Positions 46,805 to 55,437 of a stretch of DNA of 64,000 nt are shown piece by piece (within the stretch, counting starts at the first letter, position 1; each line of letters begins with the position of its first letter). Under the pieces are notes generated by a model, which was not told the DNA's origin, searched no databases, and saw only the letters and a list, made by a program, of their open reading frames with translations. The translations under genes were made by a program, and so were the position numbers. The DNA is taken from the sequence record NC_061446.1. One strand, 5' to 3'.

Positions 46805-48074
46805 TCACGTATTCAACCACGACGAAAAGCAATTGCTTCTGTCGGTGGCTGAGTCTAAGTATCTGGTGCGGTTAGACTGCCCAGATTATTTGAAGAAGTC
46901 GAAACACGCAATTGAAGTTCGTCATACCGTAACCAACCGCGGCGAGCAACGCCGTAGCGGAACAATAACAACTGCGTTTGTGCCTCGTATTCATTCAGCA
47001 ACCGTACAGCGTTTGGTGCGTGAAGTGCGCGACACTCAAAGCAAAAGCGCGTCGTCCAGTCTCGCTGCATTATTCGAGCTTGGACTTGGTGTACCGAAGC
47101 AGCACGATATTGCGGTATACCTGAAAGACTACTGCCAGGAAAATGATAAGAAGGGTGTGGGTATCAAGTATATCCGCAAACTGATTAACGAGTACCACCG
47201 CAAGCACCGCCATAGTTTTGCAGGTAGTCGCTGGCTGATGCCTGCTGCATATACAGCGAACATGCTGAACATGCAGTCCTTCATTCATCTGAAAGAAGGT
47301 GGTTACTCGAAGAAAGTGAAGGTACCTGACGGCATTCCCGTTGTGTTCATCTATCAGAACACCAACCACGAGAAAGCGACCTTTACTTTGTGTGACGCAT
47401 TCACGATAAGCCCGCTCGGCTATCCGATGCCGTTCGCACAGATAGCTTTACGACCTGAGTTCAAAGCTGCACCGAAAGAGTTCAAGTCGAAAGCACTTCG
47501 TGGCAGAAGCATGTACGCGATGGTCATGGGCATTGTCTACTGGGAAGAAGGTGATGCGCTTGATAACTTCCGTGAGCTACAGGAAATTGACGACGACCCG
47601 TACCTGACGCTATTGACTAACGACAAGTATGCTGATCGCCGTAGCCCTGAGTATCAGGAACTGCTGGACCAGCGCATTGCGTTAAACGAACAGGCGCCGA
47701 AGTGGAACGAGATTATTGCTAAGTACGGCAATACAACTCGCGTACTCAAGCCTGAGCAGGCAGAAAAGCTGGAACAAGCAAATGAGTTCTTCCAGCAGCG
47801 TAAAGAGTTCATGGACGCTTTCGACAAGTTCGAAAAGAAAGAGAACCATCACGCTGCGAAGCAATTTGCTGCGGCCAAAGCGCTGTTTGCTGCCGTTGAT
47901 TGTGGCACTATCATGGACCGCACAACGTACATGTCAGTGTCGTCCGGTCTTGACGATGTGAACAACATTCTCACCAAGTGGGGATTCACTACAGTCAACA
48001 CTGTTAATAGTAGTTTGAAGAAGTCTATCCTTACTTACGACCGCAAAGGCGCAAGTCGCGTCTGGTCCCTGTAG
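46794..48074 (+). CDS. Hypothetical protein (426 aa)
   Basis: GAGGGA RBS; long ORF. Confidence 0.8.
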   Translation: MFYDHVFNHDEKQLLLSVAESKYLVRLDCPDYLKKSKHAIEVRHTVTNRGEQRRSGTITTAFVPRIHSATVQRLVREVRDTQSKSASSSLAALFELGLGVPKQHDIAVYLKDYCQENDKKGVGIKYIRKLINEYHRKHRHSFAGSRWLMPAAYTANMLNMQSFIHLKEGGYSKKVKVPDGIPVVFIYQNTNHEKATFTLCDAFTISPLGYPMPFAQIALRPEFKAAPKEFKSKALRGRSMYAMVMGIVYWEEGDALDNFRELQEIDDDPYLTLLTNDKYADRRSPEYQELLDQRIALNEQAPKWNEIIAKYGNTTRVLKPEQAEKLEQANEFFQQRKEFMDAFDKFEKKENHHAAKQFAAAKALFAAVDCGTIMDRTTYMSVSSGLDDVNNILTKWGFTTVNTVNSSLKKSILTYDRKGASRVWSL

Positions 48075-48101
48075 ACAACATATCTGAGGAGATAATACAA
48101 C

Positions 48102-51100
48102 ATGTCTAATAATAATCTGGGCGCTGCTGCATCATTTGGTACCGAGACGCAAAAGCAAATCGCTAACGAACAGCGCCGCGCTAATTCGTCTGAAAGCGGT
48201 CATGTGAACAAATGCACCATCGTTGTTCTGACTGCGTTGAACGCGCATAACCGTTTCTCGTATCTGAGCGCGGACGAACAACTCTGTGAAAAGCCGATTG
48301 AAGGCAAAGTAATGGACCGTCTGCCGAACCTGATCGAACGTGCATCCGGCGCGTCAACCGACCAGAACAGCGCGTACTACATTCTGCATCCGAACAACGG
48401 CGTACCGACTCGCATTGACGAGCGTATCAAAGTGGGTGAAGGTGACGCGGTCATTATTTCGTATACTGTAAATAAAGCAGTGTCAGAGATGCACGGCAGT
48501 TTGTCTCTCGCATTGTTTAGTGCGGGCGAAAGCGACCTTGCAGACCTGGCCGCCGAGTTTGGTATTCACGCCATCTCGATTGTTGAAGAAAGCAAAGCTG
48601 GTGGTTATATTCAAGCGCTTGCCGCACAGGTAGAAGCTCTGAATATTGTAAATATCACAAGCATTGATGAAACTGACGGCGCTCTCGATAAAGCAGTAAT
48701 CGACTACAGCGCGTTGCCGGCCAATCCTGTTACTGTGCTGTCCGGCGCTGTGCGTACTTTCATCATGCAAACTATTAGCAGCGAAATCGTTGCTGCAATT
48801 CCAAATAACGGAGAAATGAACGTGAAACAACCTACCAACTCAACGCCTGTCGATCTGAACGAAGACTTCGACGCAGAAGACGAAGTTGTTGATCAGCAGG
48901 ACGGCGGTGAAGACGAAGCTGCGGTCGGCACGGACCTGTTTGGCTACAAGGCTGAAACGCTGAGTGTTGAGCAAATGTCCGAAGCGCTCGAAGCTATCGA
49001 CTACGATCTGTCTGCTATGGACGAAGACGGCATCCGCGAATCGTTCGAAACTGAGCAGGCCATCTGGCTGGCAAAATCTGATGACGCCGCTGCTGATGAA
49101 GCAGACGACGCCGAAGACGAGGAAGAAGAAGAGGACGACGAAGACGAAGAAGGCTTCGACGCTGTTCAGTTCCTCGCTTCTCTGCTGATGGCCGAAGACT
49201 TCGACCGCGATGCGCTGAAAGTCCTGATCCGCACTCAAGACCTGAAGGTAATGAAGTCGGACACTGTTGAAACGCTGTCTGCTAAACTGCTGGAGCTGGT
49301 CGAAGGCGCAACCGAAGAAGAGATGTTTGAACTGATCAACACCTTCATCGACGCGCTGCAAGAGCGTGAAATCGGATGCCCGAACATGCTGGCAACCATC
49401 GCTGAGGAAGAAGACAGCGAAGAAGATGCCGATGAAGAAGACGGCGACGAAGAAGAAGAGGAAGATTCTGAGGAGGAGGAAGATGAAGACTCCGAAGAAG
49501 AAACCGAAGAAGACAGCGAAGAAGAAGACGCTGACGAACTGCAAGACCAGATCGAAGCTGTTACCGACCCGCTTGACTACTTCCAGTTCCCAGGTGGCGC
49601 CCTGTCTGCTGAACAGCGCATGGCTGCTGTCGAAGCGATGGGCGAAAACGTTGAAGGTCTGACTATCGTTCAGGTAATGAAAGCGTTCACTCGCATTCAG
49701 GGCCAGACGAACGAAATCGCGGTAGAAGAAGATGCCGAGCTGTCTAACGTCGAACAACTGACAGCGCTGCTGGGCCAGTACGACGAAGCGACCGTGCAGC
49801 ATGTCGCTGAAAGCCTGGGCATCCTCGTTGACGAATGCGAAACCGTTGACGAAATGATCGAAGCGATTGCAAACGGCGGTAACGAAGACGACTTCGCTGC
49901 TGTTGAAGAAATCGCAACCAACTACGGTGTTGACCTGTCCGAAGTTGCCGACGGCGAGGAGCTGGACTTTGTTGACGCTCTGCTGGCTGTGCTGCCTTCG
50001 TTCCTGAACGACGATGAAGTTGACGAGCAGGACGAAGACGAAGAAGACAGCGAAGAAGAAGACGCTGACGACGAAGAAGAAGACGCTGACGACGAAGATG
50101 AAGTCGAAGTCGAAGTCGAAGCTGAGAGCGACGCCACTGCTGAAAACGATCATCTGAAATTCGTTAAGTCTGTTGACACCTCCAATCGCGTCGGCCCGAT
50201 GCTGACTGTCGATATGGACCAAACGCTGATCATCAACTTCACTCTGACCGACGGTGACACCTACTCGCCGATTGAAAGCGAACTGTCTGACATTAACGGC
50301 TTCAACTACCGCTACCCGTTCAACCTGGGCAAAGCTGGTAAAGCACCGGGTGCGATGCATCTGCCGGCGCAGTCTCTGCTGGATATCATTGAGCGCACCA
50401 GCACTACGCGCTTCATGGCTAACCCGTCAACGTTCGATGTTGCTGCGTGGGCTGAAAGCCTTGAAGCAACTCTGGAAGATGAAATCGCTTCCTCACTGTA
50501 CGCCGGCCGCATCGAAGAAGGTCTGGACCCGAGCGAAGCTGGTCTGATTGTTGGTGACTTCATCGACGACGAAGAAATGCAGCAGGCGAGCGAACTCGGT
50601 TACATCGACGCTGACCAGTTCGACGAGCTGCAAGGTGATCATCTGCCGATTGCTGGTCTGTACAGTGCTAAGTCTCGCGTTCGTCCTGTGCAGGTTGATA
50701 CTGCCCACGTCGCGCTGCACACCACTGTGATGAACGTCGCTGTTCCTGGCTTCTGGGGTGACTCTGATGTTTCTCTGCTGGTGCAGGCTGCTGTTAACCG
50801 CGTTATCGCGCTGGCCGGTACTGTTGAAAACATCCGTGTGTACGCTGGCTTCACGTTCGAATCTGCCGCACTGCTGAACAACGACCGCCTGTTTGCGGCG
50901 CTGACTGCTCTGCGCACTATGGAAGGCGTACAGTCTTACTCTGCGGCTGACGCTGCAAACTTCGACGACGCCGAAGACGTGATCGAAGTAGCTAGTGCGC
51001 TCGACACCCGTGACCTGCCACTGTCTATTCTGTCTGGCGGTCTGGCTGCTGCAACGTTCGATAACGGTGGCGACCTGACTGTGCTGGTACAGTGTTCTCC

Positions 51101-51146
51101 GGAAGACGAAGAGTCCGAAGAAGAAGACGAAGGCGACGACGAGTAA
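48102..51146 (+). CDS. Very large Asp/Glu-rich protein with short helical repeats between acidic tracts (1014 aa)
   Basis: GAGGAG RBS; several poly-D/E tracts; terminator downstream. Confidence 0.9.
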   Translation: MSNNNLGAAASFGTETQKQIANEQRRANSSESGHVNKCTIVVLTALNAHNRFSYLSADEQLCEKPIEGKVMDRLPNLIERASGASTDQNSAYYILHPNNGVPTRIDERIKVGEGDAVIISYTVNKAVSEMHGSLSLALFSAGESDLADLAAEFGIHAISIVEESKAGGYIQALAAQVEALNIVNITSIDETDGALDKAVIDYSALPANPVTVLSGAVRTFIMQTISSEIVAAIPNNGEMNVKQPTNSTPVDLNEDFDAEDEVVDQQDGGEDEAAVGTDLFGYKAETLSVEQMSEALEAIDYDLSAMDEDGIRESFETEQAIWLAKSDDAAADEADDAEDEEEEEDDEDEEGFDAVQFLASLLMAEDFDRDALKVLIRTQDLKVMKSDTVETLSAKLLELVEGATEEEMFELINTFIDALQEREIGCPNMLATIAEEEDSEEDADEEDGDEEEEEDSEEEEDEDSEEETEEDSEEEDADELQDQIEAVTDPLDYFQFPGGALSAEQRMAAVEAMGENVEGLTIVQVMKAFTRIQGQTNEIAVEEDAELSNVEQLTALLGQYDEATVQHVAESLGILVDECETVDEMIEAIANGGNEDDFAAVEEIATNYGVDLSEVADGEELDFVDALLAVLPSFLNDDEVDEQDEDEEDSEEEDADDEEEDADDEDEVEVEVEAESDATAENDHLKFVKSVDTSNRVGPMLTVDMDQTLIINFTLTDGDTYSPIESELSDINGFNYRYPFNLGKAGKAPGAMHLPAQSLLDIIERTSTTRFMANPSTFDVAAWAESLEATLEDEIASSLYAGRIEEGLDPSEAGLIVGDFIDDEEMQQASELGYIDADQFDELQGDHLPIAGLYSAKSRVRPVQVDTAHVALHTTVMNVAVPGFWGDSDVSLLVQAAVNRVIALAGTVENIRVYAGFTFESAALLNNDRLFAALTALRTMEGVQSYSAADAANFDDAEDVIEVASALDTRDLPLSILSGGLAAATFDNGGDLTVLVQCSPEDEESEEEDEGDDE

Positions 51147-51158
51147 TATCGTCTGATT

Positions 51159-51187
51159 GAGTGGCTCGAAAGGGCCACTCGCTTTTC
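51159..51187 (+). terminator. Rho-independent terminator
   Basis: GAGTGGC-TCGAAAGG-GCCACTC then GCTTTT. Confidence 0.7.
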
Positions 51188-51203
51188 TTGGGGATCTGTA
51201 AAC

Positions 51204-52031
51204 ATGACACAAGAAGTAGACCACGGAGCTAACATCGTTCGGATGATTGGTGAGCGTGACGAAAAAATCCACACGCTTACTAACGAGCTTGCAGAAGCCG
51301 TAGGTGATAAGAAAGACGTGGAACACGTTTTAGAGGATGAGGTTCACAGCAACACAGTGTTGCGTGTCGCCCTTCAACGTAAGGTTCGCCAACACGCCAC
51401 TGAAATCGCTCTGCGTGATGAACGCATTCGTGAAGTTACTGGATTCTGCAACGAGCAGACCGAAGAAGTTCGCGCTCTGAAAGCTGAACTCGAATCTGTA
51501 AAGAGTAAGCAAGAAGCGGCAAACCCGCTGCCTTTTGCTCTGCATATGATAATGTGTGCTGGCATCAACCACTACTACACAATCGTTATGCAACTCGCAC
51601 ACGGTACTGTAAATCGTGAAACGAATCGGGTGGCGCGAGACCTTGCCGAGCAGAACAAGTTGGACACGGTAGGTAAACAGCCTTCGCTTTATCGCTCTGT
51701 TGCAATGTATTGCTCTGCTGCTGGCACTGACGTACCGCCGGGCGCAACGTTACGTGAATCGCTTAAAGCTCACATCGAAGCAAATATTGACCTGTTCCTG
51801 AAAGACCCGCAATTCGAAATCGCTCGCTCGATGTTACGCCTTGTGTGGGCAGCGAATAAGAAAGCGGCACATATGGGTTTCGGTGCGGGTAACATCTGCC
51901 GCTCATTCAACTGGATGCCTGCCGCAGAAGTTGGCAGTCTTGAAACACTGGATGATGAAGACGACTACGAAGAATTGTTCTGCGAGTCGCTTCAAACAAT
52001 TTGTTTCGATTTGATTAATCATAGCTTTTAA
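51204..52031 (+). CDS. Coiled-coil hypothetical protein (275 aa)
   Basis: Heptad-like N-terminal half (IHTLTNELAEAV...VRALKAELESV). Confidence 0.8.
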   Translation: MTQEVDHGANIVRMIGERDEKIHTLTNELAEAVGDKKDVEHVLEDEVHSNTVLRVALQRKVRQHATEIALRDERIREVTGFCNEQTEEVRALKAELESVKSKQEAANPLPFALHMIMCAGINHYYTIVMQLAHGTVNRETNRVARDLAEQNKLDTVGKQPSLYRSVAMYCSAAGTDVPPGATLRESLKAHIEANIDLFLKDPQFEIARSMLRLVWAANKKAAHMGFGAGNICRSFNWMPAAEVGSLETLDDEDDYEELFCESLQTICFDLINHSF

Positions 52032-52126
52032 TAATCTGTAAAAGTTACCTGTAATCGAAACTGTAAACACTAATTGAAGTTCGAACCGAGCGACAAGCTC
52101 ACATTTATAAATACCGGAGCATTACA

Positions 52127-52672
52127 ATGGCTAAAGCATCAAAGAGCACCTCACTGACACCTACCCTGGTATCTCGCATCGCTAAGAAATCTGGTTCTAT
52201 CAGCACTTCTAAAGTTAAGCCGACTGACCTGCCGCATGACATCCTGATCGAAGCTGTTCAGGCTGTTGAGCTGATTGGCTTTATCACTGACCGCACCGAG
52301 AACAGCGTAACCATCCGTCACAAACGCGGCCACGGTTCTTCTGCTCAGATCGTTTCTACCTTCGGCCCGAACCAGTTGCTGTCTGTGCTGGGCGAAGCTG
52401 GTTCTCACGGTAGCGTAGTTGCTCAAATCAATGCGCCGGTTCGTGAGTACAAAGGCTTCAAAGTTAAATATGTCGGCGCGATGATTCACGCGACCTCTGT
52501 TGAAACAGGCGAAGTGGTTCACATCAACACCGCACTGCCGGGCTTCACCGTTCGCGCAACTGTAAACGAAAACGCGGCCGCTAAGAAGTACGGCATCGCT
52601 GCTCCGGCAAAAGCAAAGAAAGCTGAAAAAGGCGACAAGCCTGCGAAGCTGGTAAAGAAAGTAAAAAAGTAA
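52127..52672 (+). CDS. Basic protein with Lys-rich termini and probable beta-barrel core (181 aa)
   Basis: GGAG RBS; AKASKS N-terminus and AKAKKAEKGDKPAKLVKKVKK C-terminus. Confidence 0.85.
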   Translation: MAKASKSTSLTPTLVSRIAKKSGSISTSKVKPTDLPHDILIEAVQAVELIGFITDRTENSVTIRHKRGHGSSAQIVSTFGPNQLLSVLGEAGSHGSVVAQINAPVREYKGFKVKYVGAMIHATSVETGEVVHINTALPGFTVRATVNENAAAKKYGIAAPAKAKKAEKGDKPAKLVKKVKK

Positions 52673-52820
52673 TAAAGTCTGACGAAGACTTTTAACTGAC
52701 TTTCTGAAATCTGTAAACATTAAGTATGCAGCGAGATAAAATGTTCTCGCTGCCTGTATCTCGAATCTGTAAATCTTAATTGAAGCAACATCGCTTCTAC
52801 TCAAACAGGAAAAACAAATC

Positions 52821-53621
52821 ATGGCTAAAGCTGCTAAAGCAACCGTAAACACCGCATCTCTGGTTCTGGCTAAAATGCTGGGTGTTGTAGTGGAAAACGC
52901 GACTGATAAAGAAATCGCTGCGCTGCTCGCATCTGCCGGTCTGACCGTGTCTGGTGGCAAAGTTGTTAAAGCTGACAAGGGCGGTAAAGCTGCTAAAGGC
53001 AAAAAGGCCAAGGCACCTACCGTCGCTGAAATCGTCGCTGCTGTGAAGGACGAAGAAGAACTGGACATCTCCGGCGTCGATGAAGACACTCTGCGCGAAG
53101 CAGTTGTCAAAGCCAAACTGTCTACCGCTAAGAAAGCTAAAGCGCTGGACGAAGACGACCTGCGCGATCTGCTGAACGAAAAGCTGGGCGGCGAGTCCGA
53201 TGAGGACGAAGACGAAGAAGAAGAAGAGGAAGACGAAGACGAGGACGAAGAGTCCGACGACGAAGATGAAGACGGCGACGACGAAGAGGACGAAGACGAC
53301 GACTCTGATGATGAAGAAGAGGACGAAGACGACGAAGACGAAGACGGCGACGATGAAGACGAAGAGGACGACGAAGACGAGGAAGATGAAGACGAAGACG
53401 AGGATGAAGACCTCGACCTCGACTCCCTCGACGAAGACGAACTCCGCGCGCTGGTAATCGAACACAAGCTGGCGACTGCCAAGAAAGCGAAAAAGATGGA
53501 CGAAGATGAACTGCGCGAACTCTGCGAAGAACACTTCGGCGGTGAAGACGACGAAGACGAAGAAGAAGACGAAGACGACGAAGACTTCGACGATGAAGAC
53601 GAAGACGAAGACGACGAGTAA
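52821..53621 (+). CDS. Polyacidic protein with two HEH-like repeats (266 aa)
   Basis: AGGA RBS; long uninterrupted D/E tract between the repeats VDEDTLREAVVKAKLSTAKKAKALDEDDLRDLL and LDEDELRALVIEHKLATAKKAKKMDEDELRELC. Confidence 0.9.
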   Translation: MAKAAKATVNTASLVLAKMLGVVVENATDKEIAALLASAGLTVSGGKVVKADKGGKAAKGKKAKAPTVAEIVAAVKDEEELDISGVDEDTLREAVVKAKLSTAKKAKALDEDDLRDLLNEKLGGESDEDEDEEEEEEDEDEDEESDDEDEDGDDEEDEDDDSDDEEEDEDDEDEDGDDEDEEDDEDEEDEDEDEDEDLDLDSLDEDELRALVIEHKLATAKKAKKMDEDELRELCEEHFGGEDDEDEEEDEDDEDFDDEDEDEDDE

Positions 53622-53836
53622 TAACTTCTGATCCGGCGCGCCCCTCTAGTTCTGCTGAATGAGCGAGGGGCAAATATTCGATAAAACTTTCGAATATTTT
53701 TGTAAAAAGTTTTAAAAATCCTTGTAGACCTATGTTGAATATAATAATGTACGTCTACAGGGAAACAAACCTGAACAAATTTATCTTTCATCCAGCGGTG
53801 AAAAACGCCGCATCAAATATAAAGTAAGGATATCGT

Positions 53837-54388
53837 ATGTCTAAGAAAATCATCAGCGGCCTGAACAAAGAAATCAAAGCCCTGGACAAATCTGAAAAAG
53901 CCCTGGTTAAAACTGCTGCCGGTCTGAACAAAGAAGCCGAAGCGATTGCTGCACGTCGCGAAGGCCTGGCTGCTCAGGTTGAAGCGCTGGCGAGCGGTGG
54001 TGAAGCTGCTCCGGCTAAAGCAAAAGGCAAAGCGGCTAAAGCTGAGAAAGCTGCTAAGCCTGCTAAAGCAGAAAAAGCTGGTAAGAAAGCAAAAGCTGAA
54101 AAGCCGGCCAAAGCTGAAAAAGCTGGCAAGAAAGCTAAAGCAGAAAAACCTGCTAAAGCTGAGAAAGCCGCAAAAGCTGAAAAGCCTGCTAAAGCAGACA
54201 AAAAAGCAAAAGCTGAAAAGCCGGCGAAAGCTGACAAGAAAGCTAAAGCTGAAAAAGCTGCTAAGCCTGCCAAAGCTGAAAAAGCTGGCAAAAAAGTAAA
54301 AGCTGAAAAGCCGGCCAAAGCTGATAAAAAAGCTAAAGGCGCGAAAGCGAAGAAGCAGGAAGAAGACTTCGACTTCGAAATGGAATAA
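53837..54388 (+). CDS. Histone H1-like / AlgP-like Lys-Ala-Pro repeat protein (183 aa)
   Basis: AAGGA RBS; about 10 (P)AKA(E/D)K repeats; acidic tail QEEDFDFEME. Confidence 0.85.
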   Translation: MSKKIISGLNKEIKALDKSEKALVKTAAGLNKEAEAIAARREGLAAQVEALASGGEAAPAKAKGKAAKAEKAAKPAKAEKAGKKAKAEKPAKAEKAGKKAKAEKPAKAEKAAKAEKPAKADKKAKAEKPAKADKKAKAEKAAKPAKAEKAGKKVKAEKPAKADKKAKGAKAKKQEEDFDFEME

Positions 54389-54421
54389 GCAAGTAATCGC
54401 GCACTAGCGGTCACTTGATCG

Positions 54422-54456
54422 AAAGGGCAGCGCTGACGAGCGTTTGCCCTTTTGTT
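54422..54456 (+). terminator. Rho-independent terminator
   Basis: AAAGGGCA-GCGCT-GACG-AGCGT-TTGCCCTTTT. Confidence 0.7.
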
Positions 54457-54487
54457 GTATCTGTATCAATTTTCGAGGTATTTGCCA

Positions 54488-54982
54488 ATGTCTGCTGAAC
54501 ACCTGCTTAACGACGACCTGCCTGACGATACTCGCCCACTGAAACCCACTCCTGATTCTGCCAAGCCTTCTTACTTCGACCTCGTGTCTCTACGTTTAGA
54601 GGCTGCGGGCCGTCTTGCACGTTCTCTCAAAACTCTCAAAGACGCTAACGTATTCGGTGACGACAACACCGTCGCCAGAGATCTTATGTTGAAAAAGGCT
54701 CTGGAGATCGCAGAGAACTACTGGGCAGAGATTTGCATGGGTCTAGTCCCTGTTAAAGACTCTAGTGGTGGAGATTCACTGCGCGACAATCTGCCTGCGT
54801 GTGTCGAAGCCTTCCGAATCGTAGTGATGGAACATGCTCAACGTGAAGCATTGGAGCGTGAGTGTCGTAACAAGATTGACCACACAGGTGGCTTCAAGAT
54901 TCTCACTCAGCCTCAAGTGCTGCACCTCGAAAGCAAACACGTCTGCAATGGAGATTGCGATCATGGCCCAGAAGCTGTCTGA
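54488..54982 (+). CDS. Hypothetical protein (164 aa)
   Basis: GAGG RBS before ATG 54488. Confidence 0.75.
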   Translation: MSAEHLLNDDLPDDTRPLKPTPDSAKPSYFDLVSLRLEAAGRLARSLKTLKDANVFGDDNTVARDLMLKKALEIAENYWAEICMGLVPVKDSSGGDSLRDNLPACVEAFRIVVMEHAQREALERECRNKIDHTGGFKILTQPQVLHLESKHVCNGDCDHGPEAV

Positions 54983-55307
54983 GCAAATCAACCGCTATTT
55001 CAATCTCATGGAGAAAATCCGTGAGCAACTGTTTCGCGTTATGCCTGTATCTGATCGCTATTTGTGTATTGTCAGTTTCAGCACAAACCATCAGGCGATG
55101 ATGTGCGATCTCGTTAGCAAAGAAAGCCTCATGCCCGCAAAGCTGCTTGATGGACTGACTGGACAAGAGCTTGTGACGTATGGCAGTATCAAGCAATCTA
55201 TCGAAGATTGGGTATCTGGTGGTATGCAAGCTGACTTCCCTCTCAGTCAGAGCGATGACGTATACGCTGAATACAAGAGCTTAACACGCGAACCTGACAT
55301 AAACTAA
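54963..55307 (+). CDS. Hypothetical protein (114 aa)
   Basis: GGAG RBS before ATG 54963. Confidence 0.65.
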   Translation: MAQKLSEQINRYFNLMEKIREQLFRVMPVSDRYLCIVSFSTNHQAMMCDLVSKESLMPAKLLDGLTGQELVTYGSIKQSIEDWVSGGMQADFPLSQSDDVYAEYKSLTREPDIN

Positions 55308-55312
55308 ACTCA

Positions 55313-55365
55313 GCAAATAGCTGGACGAAATGCGGGTATATAAGAATAATCTTATGTGATATAAT
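55313..55365 (+). promoter_or_regulatory. Phage promoter copy 11 (topoisomerase operon)
   Basis: GCAAATAGCTGGACGAAA - 29 bp - (TGa)TATAAT. Confidence 0.8.
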
Positions 55366-55437
55366 AGCGTCAGACAAGTAGTGTCTGAACTTGCTAATAT
55401 CGAGTAGTCTACGCTACTCACTCAGGAGAATACCAAA

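Noticed and set aside
52106-52113. Exact T4 late promoter TATAAATA
   Set aside because: Single copy ending 13 nt before the ATG, so a transcript would start within the RBS; not supported as a promoter here.
53200-53420. Tandem GAC/GAA/GAT repeats that resemble a microsatellite or CRISPR array
   Set aside because: In-frame codons for a poly-Asp/Glu tract with synonymous variation; no constant repeat with unique spacers.
54020-54340. Periodic GCTAAAGCTGAAAAG-type repeats as a possible CRISPR array or iteron set
   Set aside because: They encode AKAEKP peptide repeats with wobble variation.
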